In this document: positions 37,341-48,077 of the stretch, one piece after another | Layout of the letters: every line of letters starts with the position of its first letter | Position numbering within the stretch: position 1 is the stretch's first letter | The notes under the pieces: model-generated | The model's input: only the letters and a program-made list of their open reading frames with translations | Database searches by the model: none | What the model was told of the DNA's origin: nothing | Source: Candidatus Dadabacteria bacterium | Lineage (GTDB): Bacteria; Desulfobacterota_D; UBA1144; Nemesobacterales; UBA2774 | Reading direction: 5' to 3' | Assembly (NCBI GenBank): GCA_020849425.1 | Contig: JADLGH010000007.1 | Location: 2,732 to 66,731 of the forward strand | Length of the DNA stretch: 64,000 nt | Program-made: the position numbers and the translations under genes

Positions 37341-38312
37341 ATGGGCAGATTCCCGAAAGAAAGAATGGAAAAGGCTTTGGAGCAGCTAAAGACTATTTCC
37401 GAATCGGATTACGAAAAAATAAAGGGAATGGTCAACGTGGTCAGGCCCTTTAGAAGCGTTCTTCACAAAACACCGGACGATCACGGCATGACAGGCTGGG
37501 AAGATATTTACTTTCCAGCGGACGACGGCGTCGCACTCGAAGGATGGTATATTCCGGCGAAAGGCGGCGAGAGTGATAAACTCGTCATTTTTAACCATGC
37601 GCTTCCCATGTGCCGCGCCGGTTTTCAGGGGCACTTCGGCGAGCCCTGGAGCAATTACGACGCGGTAGAGATCGATTTCGTGATCCAGATGAAGCATCTG
37701 GCCGACGCCGGGTACAACGTGCTGGCCTACGACATCAGGAATCACGGCAGAAGCGGGGCTTCGAACAACGGCGTGAGCGGCATCGGCAGGATAGAATGGC
37801 GCGACTGCGTGGGCGTAAAGAAATATGTAGACAGCCATCCGAGGCTTGGCAAAATGAAGGTGGGCTTATACAGCCAGTGCATGGGCGGGAATTCACAGTA
37901 CGAAGCTATCTATCGGCGCCCGGATTTATTCGAGAACGTCCGCTGCATGTGCAGCCCGATGGTGGTTTCCATGAGGGCCATTTACAGGGCTTTCTCCGAG
38001 CTTCAGGGCGTTGAGCAGTATCTGGATCTGCTGGATTTCGAGCTCCTGAAAGCGGGCGGGTTCCTCATGGACGAGATGACGCCGCACTTATTCGCCCCGG
38101 GAGTAAAAATGCCTGTACTCATGATCCAGGTGAAAGACGATGCCTGGACAAAAAACCCGGAAGACGGACAAAAAACGTTCGACCTTTTGGGAAGCAGGGA
38201 CAAAGAGCTCTTCTGGATCGAAGGAACGACGAGAAGGTTCAAGGACGGATATAACTATTTCGGAAGATATCCGGAAATGGTAATCGGTTTTTTCGACAAG
38301 TATATGAAATAG
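37341..38312 (+). CDS. alpha/beta hydrolase fold protein (dienelactone-hydrolase-like, Cys nucleophile candidate)
   Basis: RBS AAGGAG. Candidate nucleophile elbow GLYSQCMGG and HG-type motif LVIFNHALP. Confidence 0.55.
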   Translation: MGRFPKERMEKALEQLKTISESDYEKIKGMVNVVRPFRSVLHKTPDDHGMTGWEDIYFPADDGVALEGWYIPAKGGESDKLVIFNHALPMCRAGFQGHFGEPWSNYDAVEIDFVIQMKHLADAGYNVLAYDIRNHGRSGASNNGVSGIGRIEWRDCVGVKKYVDSHPRLGKMKVGLYSQCMGGNSQYEAIYRRPDLFENVRCMCSPMVVSMRAIYRAFSELQGVEQYLDLLDFELLKAGGFLMDEMTPHLFAPGVKMPVLMIQVKDDAWTKNPEDGQKTFDLLGSRDKELFWIEGTTRRFKDGYNYFGRYPEMVIGFFDKYMK

Positions 38313-38508
38313 GGATCGATTGCCATTGTAAAGCACGGACCGAGATAAAAGCTGAAGGCTGACTCCGTCTTCTTTTTATTTAGCCACCTATTGAAATTCC
38401 TTGACGCCGCTCTTGCAAAGAAGAATGGTGTGTCGCACCGCCTCGCAGGTTTTTTCATTGCCGGTCTACACTTCATAAATAATTAAAGGTTATAATTAGC
38501 CCGTTATT

Positions 38509-40032
38509 ATGATTTCCAAAATCCTTTCAAGCGCGGTACTTGGGGTTGACGCATACATTGTCGAAGTCGAAGTCGATCTCGCGTTCGGCGTCCCGCAATT
38601 CAACACGGTAGGGCTGCCGGAGGGAGCAGTCAAGGAAAGCAAGGAGCGCGTAAGGGCGGCGATAAAGAACTGCGGATACGAGTTCCCGGCGAGGAGGATC
38701 ACCGTAAACCTCGCCCCGGCCGATATAAGAAAGGAGGGCTCTGCGTTCGATCTTCCGATATCGCTCGGGATACTCTCCGCGACCGGCCTCGTAGAGCAGG
38801 ACCTCCTTCAGGACTACGTCGTACTCGGCGAGCTCTCTCTCGACGGAAAAGTGAAGCCGGTGAGGGGGGCGCTTCCGAGCTCCATACGCGCGCGTGACAA
38901 CAGGCTCAAGGGAATAATCCTCCCCAGGGAAAACGCCGAGGAGGCCGCGGTCGTCGACGGAATAGAAGTCCTCGCCGTCGAAACGCTTCAGGAGACAGTC
39001 GAATTCCTCTCCGGAAAAAGGGTTATCGAGCCAACCGTAATCGACGTCGATTCCTTATTCACCGCGGCCAGGAGCTACGACATCGACTTTCACGAAGTGA
39101 AGGGGCAGGAGCACGTAAAGCGCGCCCTCGAAGTCGCGGCGAGCGGGGGGCATAACGTCCTCATGATCGGCTCCCCCGGCTCGGGCAAGACCATGCTGGC
39201 AAGGAGGCTTCCGACGATCCTCCCCGACATGAGCTTCGACGAGGCGCTCGAAACGACGAAAATTTACTCCGTTTCCGGACTCCTTCCCGACCACTCGTCC
39301 TTATTCGCGACGAGGCCTTTCAGGCCCCCTCACCATACGATAAGCGACGCCGGGCTCATAGGGGGCGGTGCGGTTCCGAAGCCCGGTGAGGTGAGCCTGG
39401 CGCATAACGGTGTGCTGTTTTTGGACGAGCTTCCCGAATTCAGGAAGAACGTGCTCGAGGTTTTGAGACAGCCGCTCGAAGACGGCGTCGTCACCATATC
39501 GAGGGCCATAACCTCGATAACATATCCCGCGCGCATGATGCTGGTGGCTGCAATGAACCCGTGTCCGTGCGGCTATCACGGCGACCCTCTCAAGGAATGC
39601 AGCTGCACCCCCATGCAAATACACAGGTACAGGGCGAAGGTGTCAGGGCCTCTTCTCGACAGGATAGACATACACATCGAAGTCCCGCCTGTAAGGTACA
39701 GGGAGCTTACGGAGGACACGAGGGGGGAAACCTCGGCCGATATAAAAAGCCGCGTCAACGCCGCGAGAGAGATACAAAGGGCGCGTTTTAAGAGATCTAG
39801 AATCCATTCGAATTCCCAGATGTCGCCCTCGATGGTGAGGAAATATTCGAAGCCGGACGACAAGGGAGCGAGCCTCCTTCAGGCCGCTATAGACAGGCTC
39901 GGGCTAAGCGCCCGCGCGTACGACAGGATACTCAAGGTCTCCCGCACGATTGCCGACCTCGACAGGTCTGAAAACGTCCTCGCCCATCACATATCCGAAG
40001 CAATACAATACCGCTCGCTCGACAGGGGCTGA
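38509..40032 (+). CDS. comM: YifB/ComM-family Mg-chelatase-like AAA+ ATPase
   Basis: N-terminal Lon-protease-like domain ([19 protein letters not shown]), Walker A GSPGSGKT and a C-terminal ChlI-like domain. A TATAAT at 38491-38496 lies only ~13 nt before the ATG. Confidence 0.9.
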   Translation: MISKILSSAVLGVDAYIVEVEVDLAFGVPQFNTVGLPEGAVKESKERVRAAIKNCGYEFPARRITVNLAPADIRKEGSAFDLPISLGILSATGLVEQDLLQDYVVLGELSLDGKVKPVRGALPSSIRARDNRLKGIILPRENAEEAAVVDGIEVLAVETLQETVEFLSGKRVIEPTVIDVDSLFTAARSYDIDFHEVKGQEHVKRALEVAASGGHNVLMIGSPGSGKTMLARRLPTILPDMSFDEALETTKIYSVSGLLPDHSSLFATRPFRPPHHTISDAGLIGGGAVPKPGEVSLAHNGVLFLDELPEFRKNVLEVLRQPLEDGVVTISRAITSITYPARMMLVAAMNPCPCGYHGDPLKECSCTPMQIHRYRAKVSGPLLDRIDIHIEVPPVRYRELTEDTRGETSADIKSRVNAAREIQRARFKRSRIHSNSQMSPSMVRKYSKPDDKGASLLQAAIDRLGLSARAYDRILKVSRTIADLDRSENVLAHHISEAIQYRSLDRG

Positions 40033-40322
40033 GCCGGGATAACATGCCCACGGCAGCAGCACCGTTTGTATCTTTCAATTCGAGCGACAATCCCTCTAAA
40101 ACGCACGGGACAAGAGCAACTGAAAAAAACCGCCCTCTAATGCCATTTCCCATCAAGAATTTTTCAGGCTGGTACTATTTATTTTTTATCATATTTATTG
40201 CTATTACACGTATCGAATAAGTACTACATTATATTAAATAAAACAATCAGATACTGGCAAAGCTAATAACTACCAGCTAATATCCACTCTCAGGCAATCA
40301 CTTCTTATTATTGAATTTTTTC

Positions 40323-40370
40323 TTGACAGGATTCTCACACCTTATTATTATGAATATGATTTTGAATATC
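40323..40370 (+). promoter_or_regulatory. sigma-70 promoter (TTGACA-N17-TATTAT) overlapped by a Fur-box-like element
   Basis: TTGACA at 40323-40328 and TATTAT at 40346-40351. GAATATGATTTTGAATATC at 40352-40370 matches 13/19 to the Fur box GATAATGATAATCATTATC, with two GAATAT direct repeats. The local region is AT-rich. Confidence 0.45.
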
Positions 40371-40416
40371 AAGCCAATGTGATGGGCATTGTTGCTTGAA
40401 TAAAGGAGGAATTACA

Positions 40417-41499
40417 ATGTACACAAGAGTAAAAGTCTTGACTTTGATTCTTTCGATTTCATTTCTATTCATGGCGGCTTGCGATGGAGGCAGTTCGAGC
40501 TCGGACGGACCAGGTCCAGGCCCCGATCCCAATGAGCAGCTTATTCAGAACATACTCGACGACTACGTCGACGGAGTTGTCGTAGGAACCTACGGATTGC
40601 TCCAGGAAAGGGCGACTGTGCTCAGGGAGGCGTGCGAAACCCTTGAAGCCGACAGGACGCAGCAAAACCTGGACGCCGCCAAGGCGGCCTGGATATCGGC
40701 CCGAATTCCGTGGGAGCAGAGCGAGGCGTGGCTTTTCGGACCCGTGGACTTCAGGGGTCACGACCCGGCGCTCGACAGCTGGCCGGTCAACAGAACGGAC
40801 CTCGACGCTGTCCTCGCGAGCGGTAATGCACTTACCCCGGAATTCATCAGGAACCTCGACCCGACCCTCAAGGGATTCCACACAGCCGAATACCTTCTTT
40901 TCGCCTTCTCGATCGACCAGCTCGGCGACAGGGAGTTCGAATACCTGATAGCCGTCGTCACGGACATCGAGATCACGGCCACGGAGCTTCTTAACGACTG
41001 GACCGCGGGGCCCGATCCCTTCGGCGACGTCATGAAGACGGCCGGAAGCAATACGGTCTTCCCGTCGCAGGTGAGCGCACTCGAGCAGATAATAGAAGGC
41101 ATGTCCATCATTCTGGACGAGGTCGCCAACGGAAAAATAGCCGAGCCCTTTGACAACCAGGACGTCGAAGCCGTCGAAAGCCAGTTCAGCTTCAATTCGA
41201 GGGCAGACTTCGCGGACGACATAAGGGGAGTTCTCTACTCATACACCGGCGACCAGCCGCTTCTCGGTATTAACGGCACGGGAATCGACGAGCTCGTTGC
41301 CGAGACTGATCCCGATCTCGCAGCGAGGGTGGAAAACGAGATAAACGATGCTATAGGTGCGATACTCGCGATTCCGCAGCCTTTCCGCGATGCGATCCTC
41401 GATCCAAATGCGGCCGACGATATAGTAGCGGCGCAGGAAGCCTGCGTAAGAGTATTCAACACCCTTAACGGTGAAGTATTACCTGTTATAAGACAGTAA
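40417..41499 (+). CDS. imelysin-like (peptidase M75 / IrpA-family) lipoprotein
   Basis: RBS AAAGGAGG. Lipoprotein signal LILSISFLFMAAC. GxHxxE motif (GFHTAEYLLF). Length ~360 aa. Confidence 0.7.
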   Translation: MYTRVKVLTLILSISFLFMAACDGGSSSSDGPGPGPDPNEQLIQNILDDYVDGVVVGTYGLLQERATVLREACETLEADRTQQNLDAAKAAWISARIPWEQSEAWLFGPVDFRGHDPALDSWPVNRTDLDAVLASGNALTPEFIRNLDPTLKGFHTAEYLLFAFSIDQLGDREFEYLIAVVTDIEITATELLNDWTAGPDPFGDVMKTAGSNTVFPSQVSALEQIIEGMSIILDEVANGKIAEPFDNQDVEAVESQFSFNSRADFADDIRGVLYSYTGDQPLLGINGTGIDELVAETDPDLAARVENEINDAIGAILAIPQPFRDAILDPNAADDIVAAQEACVRVFNTLNGEVLPVIRQ

Positions 41500-41582
41500 T
41501 CCGCAAATAGAGCGCCTGCTCCGAGCCGCCCCAAGCGGCCCGGGGCGGGCGCATATCTATTTCTTTTTAAGGTGAGGGGAGC

Positions 41583-42989
41583 ATGTACAAAACGGGTGAG
41601 TCCGAGCCGGGGATTTTCCGCCGGCTCTTTTATGTTTTTGTTCTTTGTGCACTCTGCCCGGTGTTTTTTCTGACGTCTTGCGGGGAGGGCGATTCGTCGG
41701 ACACGTCACCGGAGCCTGAGCCGACTGCCGGGCCTGTAAGAGCAGGCGGCGATACGAGTGTTTATAACCGCACTTCTTTTGCATTCGAGGTGCCCGCAGC
41801 GAATCTATCGGAGGAGTCCTTGATAAAGCATTTAAACGGCGACGTGACGTTCGGCGACATTTTCGTTACGCCTCCCGCGCCGAGAAATCCGGGACTCGGC
41901 CCGCTTTTCAACAACGTGTCGTGTGAGTCGTGCCACGTGAAAAACGGGAGAGGGCAGCCTGTGTTCGGCAATACGGGCCTCAGGAGCCACGGGCTCATCA
42001 GGGTTTCCGACCCCGGAGGAACGCCGCTCGTCCCGGGCGGTAATCGCCCGGTGGAAGGGCTCGGCGAGCAAATACAGGACCACGCGACCTTCGGATTTAC
42101 ACCCGAGGGCGAGGTCTTCCTCGACTGGGAGGAAGTCCCCGGCGCCTATCCGGACGGGACACCGTACAGTCTCAGGCGGCCCATTGTCGAAGTCATTCTC
42201 TCGAACGGGGAGCCGCTGCCGGATCATATAGAAAGATCTATGAGGCTGCCGCCGCCCGTAATCGGTCTCGGTCTTCTCGAAGCCGTATCGGAAGAAACCT
42301 TACTCGAAAGGGCGGACCCCGACGACGCGGACGGCGACGGTATATCCGGGCGGCCGAACATAGTCTGGAACACCGTTACTTCCAACTTCGAGCTGGGGAG
42401 ATTCGGGCATAAGGCGAGCTCGCGCAATCTGCGTGAGCAGGCCGTGAAAGCATATTCCGAGGACATGGGGGTTACGAACCCTGACCTCCCGGGCGAAGAC
42501 CCCGAGCCCGATATAGACGAGGAGACGGTCGAGCTCACGACGTTCTACACACAGACGCTCACTGTGCCGCTCAGGCTCGACACCGACGACCCCGACGTCC
42601 CCGCGGGCGAGCGCATATTTAACGACATAGGGTGCGAGCAGTGCCACAGGTCGGTTATAAGAACCGGCACACACGAGCTCCCCGAGCTCAGTAACCAGCT
42701 CATACAGCCCTTTACGGACCTTCTCCTCCACGACATGGGCGAGGGGCTCGCCGATCACAGGCCGGACCACGACGCAAGCGGGACGGAATGGCGGACAGCG
42801 CCGCTCTGGGCGATAGGACTTACGAGAACCGTCTCGGGCGTACAGAACTTTCTCCACGACGGGCGTGCGAGGACGCTCGAAGAGGCGATACTCTGGCACG
42901 ACGGCGAGGCGCACGGCGCAAAGGAACGTTTTATGAATTTAAACAAAACCGAGCGTGAAAAGCTCATCAAATTCTTGAACGCGCTTTGA
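41583..42989 (+). CDS. di-heme c-type cytochrome, DUF1111/thiol-oxidoreductase-like (cytochrome c peroxidase-related)
   Basis: Two heme c sites, CESCH and CEQCH. Lipoprotein-like signal (FFLTSC). Commonly paired with imelysin proteins. Confidence 0.75.
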   Translation: MYKTGESEPGIFRRLFYVFVLCALCPVFFLTSCGEGDSSDTSPEPEPTAGPVRAGGDTSVYNRTSFAFEVPAANLSEESLIKHLNGDVTFGDIFVTPPAPRNPGLGPLFNNVSCESCHVKNGRGQPVFGNTGLRSHGLIRVSDPGGTPLVPGGNRPVEGLGEQIQDHATFGFTPEGEVFLDWEEVPGAYPDGTPYSLRRPIVEVILSNGEPLPDHIERSMRLPPPVIGLGLLEAVSEETLLERADPDDADGDGISGRPNIVWNTVTSNFELGRFGHKASSRNLREQAVKAYSEDMGVTNPDLPGEDPEPDIDEETVELTTFYTQTLTVPLRLDTDDPDVPAGERIFNDIGCEQCHRSVIRTGTHELPELSNQLIQPFTDLLLHDMGEGLADHRPDHDASGTEWRTAPLWAIGLTRTVSGVQNFLHDGRARTLEEAILWHDGEAHGAKERFMNLNKTEREKLIKFLNAL

Positions 42990-42998
42990 GGAAGGAAC

Positions 42999-44600
42999 GT
43001 GAAGATGAAAAAATTTATTCTCCCATCGCTCTTTATCATTTTGGCGACACTTCTGGCGGGCGATTTCGCCTATTCACAGGCCCAGCCCAGTAGTAACGAA
43101 CTACAGGAGCTCAAGGAGATGGTAAGGCAGCTCCAGCTCGACAACGCCCGGAGAGTGGAGGAGATAGAACAGCTGAAAAAAGAGAACACCGAGAAGATCG
43201 AGGCCCTCGAAAAGAAGGTTGACGAGCTCTCCGGCGAGAAGCCGGTCGTGGTGGAAAAAGGCGCGCCCGGCAAGCCTGCCGCGCCTTCGGCACCGGTAGC
43301 GCCGGGAGAAGCCACCGAGGAAGAAACCCTTAAGGCCGCCGAGGAAGAAGAGCGTGACGTCAGCGAGGAAAACTTCTTCGAGATGGTGAACAGGGGCGAA
43401 AAACCCTACAAGAAGCTCGTCGACGAGGGGCCGTTCCAGCTCACCTGGGAAGGGTACGCCGATATTCTCTTTTCGTGGTACGGCTACGGCCCGGACCAGA
43501 CGCGACCCGGGGGTTCGGGCTCGTATGACAGGCTCGAATTCGACCTGTCCCGCTTCGTGATCGAGCTTGAGGGCGAGATGTTCGCGGGGCTCGGCTTCGA
43601 GGCCGAGATAGAATTCGAGCACGGCGGCACGGGCTCTACGTTCGAAATAGAATACGAGGAATTCGGCGAATACGAGAAAGAGATCGAAAAGGGCGGAGAG
43701 GTGTACGTCGAAGAGCTCTACCTATATAAAAAATTCAGCGACTGGGGAAAGCTGAAGGCCGGGCGTTTTTACCTTGCGTTCGGACTCATGTCGTTCCTCA
43801 GCAAGCCTACGGATTACCTCGCCGCGAGGAGGCCCGAATCCGAGACGATGGTCATACCGGCCGTATGGGACGAGATGGGCGCCAGCTTCGAGTATTACGC
43901 GACGGACAGCCTGAATCTCACGTTCCAGGTCGTAAACGGGCTCGACTCGACGGGATTCGGCTCGCTTAACTGGATACGCGGCGGACACCAGGGGAAATTT
44001 GAAACTATAAAGGCGACGGGGCTCGCAATGGTGGGCAGGATCGATTACAAGTTCCTCGACTACGGGCTTCTCGTGGGCACATCGGCCTACTACGGCTTCG
44101 ACACCTCGGCCAACAGGCCCAAGGACGACCTTCCCGACGTGGACGCACCTATACTGCTGCTCGACGCCCACGCCATATTCAACTACGGAAAATGGCGCGG
44201 AAGCGGTCTCTTCGTGTGGGGGCACCTCTGGGACGCAGCCGAGGTCTCGGAAAGGAACGCGAGGCTTTCGAACAACCTCGACGTACCGAGGACCGCCGTT
44301 TCCGACAACGCGATTTCGGCATGGGCCGAGCTCGGCTACAACATAAACACATACGTCGGGCTCAATCACCTCCACCGTCTCGAGCCCTTCTTCAGGGTCG
44401 ATTACTACGACACGATGTTCGACCCGCGTAACGACCTCTTCGACAACCCGAGGTACGAAAGAACAGTGCTCACGGGAGGGCTTTCTTACACGTTCGCGAA
44501 TGCAGTCTTCGTAAAGCTCGACTACGGCTACAGGATGATAGCCGCGAGCGACCTCAACAACGAAAGCACGATAGACCTCGCCTTCGGGTGGGTGTACTGA
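42999..44600 (+). CDS. outer-membrane beta-barrel protein with N-terminal coiled-coil (porin-like)
   Basis: Signal peptide, a coiled-coil segment (LQELKEMVRQLQLDNARRVEEIEQLKKENTEKIEALEKKVDEL), an Ala/Pro/Glu-rich linker, and a beta-rich region with alternating hydrophobic residues ending with aromatic FGWVY. Confidence 0.5.
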   Translation: MKMKKFILPSLFIILATLLAGDFAYSQAQPSSNELQELKEMVRQLQLDNARRVEEIEQLKKENTEKIEALEKKVDELSGEKPVVVEKGAPGKPAAPSAPVAPGEATEEETLKAAEEEERDVSEENFFEMVNRGEKPYKKLVDEGPFQLTWEGYADILFSWYGYGPDQTRPGGSGSYDRLEFDLSRFVIELEGEMFAGLGFEAEIEFEHGGTGSTFEIEYEEFGEYEKEIEKGGEVYVEELYLYKKFSDWGKLKAGRFYLAFGLMSFLSKPTDYLAARRPESETMVIPAVWDEMGASFEYYATDSLNLTFQVVNGLDSTGFGSLNWIRGGHQGKFETIKATGLAMVGRIDYKFLDYGLLVGTSAYYGFDTSANRPKDDLPDVDAPILLLDAHAIFNYGKWRGSGLFVWGHLWDAAEVSERNARLSNNLDVPRTAVSDNAISAWAELGYNINTYVGLNHLHRLEPFFRVDYYDTMFDPRNDLFDNPRYERTVLTGGLSYTFANAVFVKLDYGYRMIAASDLNNESTIDLAFGWVY

Positions 44601-44710
44601 TTTTACGGGGCGAATCGCCGGCGCTCGAAGCTTCCGGCTACCCGTGCGGAAGGAGCCGGCCTTCCGGACGGGGTGTATACACACGGGGCTTTCGCTTATA
44701 ATAACTCCCG

Positions 44711-45589
44711 ATGTTCGGAGATAAATTCCAGAAGGCTTACGTCGAGACCTCGGGCGCCGGGATAAACCTCGTCCACGGCGGCGAGGGTAAGCCTTTGCTC
44801 CTCCTGCACGGCTATCCCGAGACGCACGCGATGTGGCGCCTGACCGCGCCCGAGCTCGCAAAACATTTCCACGTCGTCTGCATGGACCTCAGGGGCTACG
44901 GCGACAGCTCGAAACCCGAATCAACCTCGGACCACTACACTTATTCAAAGCGCGCCATGGCCGGGGACTGCGTCGAGGTCATGGAGGCGCTCGGATTCCG
45001 GAGTTTCTACGTCGCAGGGCACGACAGGGGCGGCAGGGTTACGCACAGGATGTGCCTCGACCACCCGGACAGGGTCCGGGCCGCGTGCGTGATGGACATA
45101 GCGCCGACGCATACTATGTTCAAAACGGCCGAGAAGAATTTCGCCACCGGATACTATCACTGGTTCTTCCTCATTCAGCCGGACGGTCTCCCCGAAAGGA
45201 TGATAGGGTGCGACCCGGAATATTATCTAAGGGAGAAGCTCGGGAGATGGAGCGCGCCCGGCGCGGTGTTCGACGAAGAGACCGTTAAGGAATACGTCCG
45301 GTGCTTCGGCTCGCCCGAGGCTATACACGCGAGCTGCGAGGATTACAGGGCGGCGGCGACTATAGACCTCGTCCACGACGAGTCAGACTTCGAAAAGAGG
45401 ATCGAATGCCCGCTGCTCGTCCTCTGGGGCGGGAAGGGGTTCGTCCACAGGACATACGACGTCCTTGCCACGTGGAGGGAGAAGGCCATTGACGTGAGAG
45501 GCGGACCGCTCGACTGCGGGCACTTCCTTCCGGAAGAAAAACCGGAAGAGGTTACGGACGGGCTCCTTAAATTTTTCTCGTCGATCTGA
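44711..45589 (+). CDS. alpha/beta hydrolase, haloacetate dehalogenase/epoxide hydrolase-like (Asp nucleophile)
   Basis: HGYPETH (HGxP) motif, nucleophile elbow AGHDRGG, and a cap-domain Trp/Tyr pattern. Confidence 0.65.
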   Translation: MFGDKFQKAYVETSGAGINLVHGGEGKPLLLLHGYPETHAMWRLTAPELAKHFHVVCMDLRGYGDSSKPESTSDHYTYSKRAMAGDCVEVMEALGFRSFYVAGHDRGGRVTHRMCLDHPDRVRAACVMDIAPTHTMFKTAEKNFATGYYHWFFLIQPDGLPERMIGCDPEYYLREKLGRWSAPGAVFDEETVKEYVRCFGSPEAIHASCEDYRAAATIDLVHDESDFEKRIECPLLVLWGGKGFVHRTYDVLATWREKAIDVRGGPLDCGHFLPEEKPEEVTDGLLKFFSSI

Positions 45590-45689
45590 ATCCTTCCCGT
45601 AAATATTCTCCACGGTTACCCTCGAGCTCTGAAAAGTATTGAAGACACTGGACGCGATCCGGCCCCGGAGTAGACGAGGAGAAAATACG

Positions 45690-46220
45690 ATGAACAAGAA
45701 AATAGCGATCCCACCCGACGGCGGTGACAGCTTCGACTTCGGCGGGCTCGGCGTACACTGGAAGATAGAAGGTGAAGAGACGGGGAAGAGGTTTTCTGTC
45801 GTGCATCACCCGCTTGCTCCCCGTGCGCTGGCAGCGCCGCTCCACTATCATCACAACGAAGACGAATACTCGTACGTCGCTCAAGGCACGCTCGGTGCGC
45901 TCCCGGGCGACGAAGCGGTGATCGCCGGCCGGGGTTCCCGGGTATTCAAGCCGCGCGGACAGTGGCACACGTTCTGGAATGCGGGCGACGCGACGCGCCT
46001 GATAATAGAGGTCATATCCCCCGCGGGGTTCGAGAGCTATTTCCGAGAGGTGGTTGCCGCCCGGGGCGACCTCGGCAAATTCGCGGAGATAAACAAAGAT
46101 GCTCGCTCGAAATGGACTTTGGCAGCGTGCCCGCTTTATGCGAGCGGTTCGGCCTCACGTTTCCGAGCCTCTGAAACGAAAGAGCGAAGACCTGCCGAGG
46201 CCGGAGCCCTCAAACTTTGA
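45690..46220 (+). CDS. cupin-domain protein
   Basis: ATG 45690 follows GAGGAG. Cupin motifs HHPLAPRALAAPLHYHHNEDEYSYVAQG and GQWHTFWN. The C-terminal tail is low-complexity. Confidence 0.55.
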   Translation: MNKKIAIPPDGGDSFDFGGLGVHWKIEGEETGKRFSVVHHPLAPRALAAPLHYHHNEDEYSYVAQGTLGALPGDEAVIAGRGSRVFKPRGQWHTFWNAGDATRLIIEVISPAGFESYFREVVAARGDLGKFAEINKDARSKWTLAACPLYASGSASRFRASETKERRPAEAGALKL

Positions 46221-46295
46221 ATTCTTTCATCCGAGAAAAAGAAGCTGCGCGTTACACCCCGCACCGCGTAGCCGGAATGTAACGCGCACGCCGTT

Positions 46296-46877
46296 TCAGA
46301 AATCCACCGTAACCTTCACCGGCACCGGGTTCGAGACTATGTCGAATACCGGGGAGCGCCTTTCCGCCAGCTTTACGAGCTCGTCTATCTCCTCCTTCGT
46401 GGCGTCGTCGGCCCTTATCCTCACCTTTATCCTTATCTCCTCGTAGCCGTTACGCTTCGCCCCGGGAATTCCGAGCAGGCCCCTGAGGTCCAGGTCTCCC
46501 TCGAAGCTCGTCTCCATCTCGTCGATCCTTATGCCCCTCGCCGCGGCGTGGTAGACGAGCGTCGTCGTGATACATCCCGCAAGCCCGTGGAGAACCTGCT
46601 CGACAGGGTTCGGCCCCCTGTCCTCCCCGAGAAGGACCGGCGGCTCGTCGTTATCGAGAACGAACGGCGTTTCCCTCGTGTGCTCGTTACACGCACCGTA
46701 GAAGCCGTCGACGAAGGACCTGTTGAGCCCCCCGGTAATCCACCGGTTTCGGTTCCGGAACTGGAACTTCGCGGCCCCGGCGTCGCAGCTCATAATGGCT
46801 ATAGCACGAAATATCCCGTCGACGTTGACCCCGTTCAAAACCTTGTCTTCTGTGGTGTCCTTTGCCAGTTCTGACAT
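46296..46877 (-). CDS. OsmC/Ohr-family peroxiredoxin-like protein
   Basis: OsmC fold with conserved Cys pair context (GACNEHT...GLAGCITTTL). RBS AAGGAGG. Confidence 0.75.
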   Translation of the reverse strand: MSELAKDTTEDKVLNGVNVDGIFRAIAIMSCDAGAAKFQFRNRNRWITGGLNRSFVDGFYGACNEHTRETPFVLDNDEPPVLLGEDRGPNPVEQVLHGLAGCITTTLVYHAAARGIRIDEMETSFEGDLDLRGLLGIPGAKRNGYEEIRIKVRIRADDATKEEIDELVKLAERRSPVFDIVSNPVPVKVTVDF

Positions 46878-47161
46878 TTTACTTACCTCCTTATTTTAGA
46901 TTTTTTGTGCGTCGAGAACTGTTGAAACAAAGGTGCAAGGGGCATGCCAACCTGCTTCGGCAATGGAATATATAATTGTTCCAAGGGGTTAACTATATTC
47001 TCCTTTGTTCAACGATATTACGAGATTTCGTAATTTACGAGACTTCGCAGACCGTCCTGACGATATCTCGCGAACACCCGTAACCACCGGGACGCCTCGT
47101 TTGCCTCTTCCGAAACCTAAGCCGCCGTGGAGATTGAACTATTGAAGCTTTCCTCAAATTC

Positions 47162-47177
47162 GGCACGGAGGTTGCCA
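47162..47177 (+). promoter_or_regulatory. sigma-54 (-24/-12) promoter-like element cGGCACG-N4-TTGC
   Basis: ttcGGCACggaggTTGCcat lies ~60 nt upstream of the ATG at 47236 (RBS GGAGGT). GG-to-GC spacing is correct. Read from the sequence. Confidence 0.5.
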
Positions 47178-47235
47178 TACTTCATCCAAACAGAGCGGGA
47201 TTCGGTTCCCGAAATCAAAAATGGAGGTAAGCAAG

Positions 47236-48024
47236 ATGGCGATAAGATGTCCGGCAGGATTCGACACGGGGTATCTGAAAGAAAGGGTTTACGAGACCTA
47301 CGACAGGGTCGCCCGTGAACCCAACGGCGAGTTCCATTTTCACAGGGGGCCCGCGTACGCGTCCGGGTATCTCAAATACGATATGGAAGAGCTGATGGCG
47401 CTCCCGGAAGAGAGCACGGCCCGTTTTGCGGGCGTGGCCAATCCCCACAGGATAGGTAAGATCGCGCCGGGGGAAACTGTTCTCGATCATGCGTGCGGGG
47501 CCGGCATGGACCTCCTGCTGGCGGCAAAGCGCGTCGGCCCCCGGGGAAAGGCGATAGGCGTAGATATGACGAAGGCGATGCGCGACTGCGCCGTAGCGGC
47601 CGCACGTAAAGCCGGGATGTCGCATTACGTGGATATACGGGAAGGTGTTTTCGAAGAGTTGCCGGTGGAGGACGAGAGCGTAGACGTCGTTATATCGAAC
47701 GGCGTCGTGAACCTCGCCCCGGACAAGGAAATAGTGTTTCGTGAAATCCACCGCGTGCTAAGGCCCGGAGGGAGGCTATTCCTGGGCGACGTAGTGGTGC
47801 AGAGGGAGTTAAAGCCCGAAGCGAGGGAAAACCCGGACCTGTGGGCGGCCTGCATAGCGGGGGCGCTTACGGAAAAAGAGCTGCCCGAAATCGCCGGGGC
47901 CTGCGGTTTTACGGACTGCCGGGTGACGGAGCACTTCGACTGCTTTAAAAACACGTCGGCGGAGGTGAAGGTTTCGAAGGACCTCTACGTCCAGGGAGTC
48001 AATTTCTTCGCGAAAAAGCCCTGA
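47236..48024 (+). CDS. class I SAM-dependent methyltransferase, ArsM-like but lacking the catalytic Cys residues
   Basis: Close resemblance to the ArsM core (VLDHACGAGMDLLLAAKRVGPRGKAIGVDMT...VDVVISNGVVNLAPDKEIVFREIHRVLRPGGRLFLGDVV). The ISNCVINL Cys of ArsM is Gly here (ISNGVVNL). Confidence 0.7.
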   Translation: MAIRCPAGFDTGYLKERVYETYDRVAREPNGEFHFHRGPAYASGYLKYDMEELMALPEESTARFAGVANPHRIGKIAPGETVLDHACGAGMDLLLAAKRVGPRGKAIGVDMTKAMRDCAVAAARKAGMSHYVDIREGVFEELPVEDESVDVVISNGVVNLAPDKEIVFREIHRVLRPGGRLFLGDVVVQRELKPEARENPDLWAACIAGALTEKELPEIAGACGFTDCRVTEHFDCFKNTSAEVKVSKDLYVQGVNFFAKKP

Positions 48025-48077
48025 GATCTTTATATATAAGGAAGAACGGACCGGGCAAAGGGGCGGGGACGTAGGAA

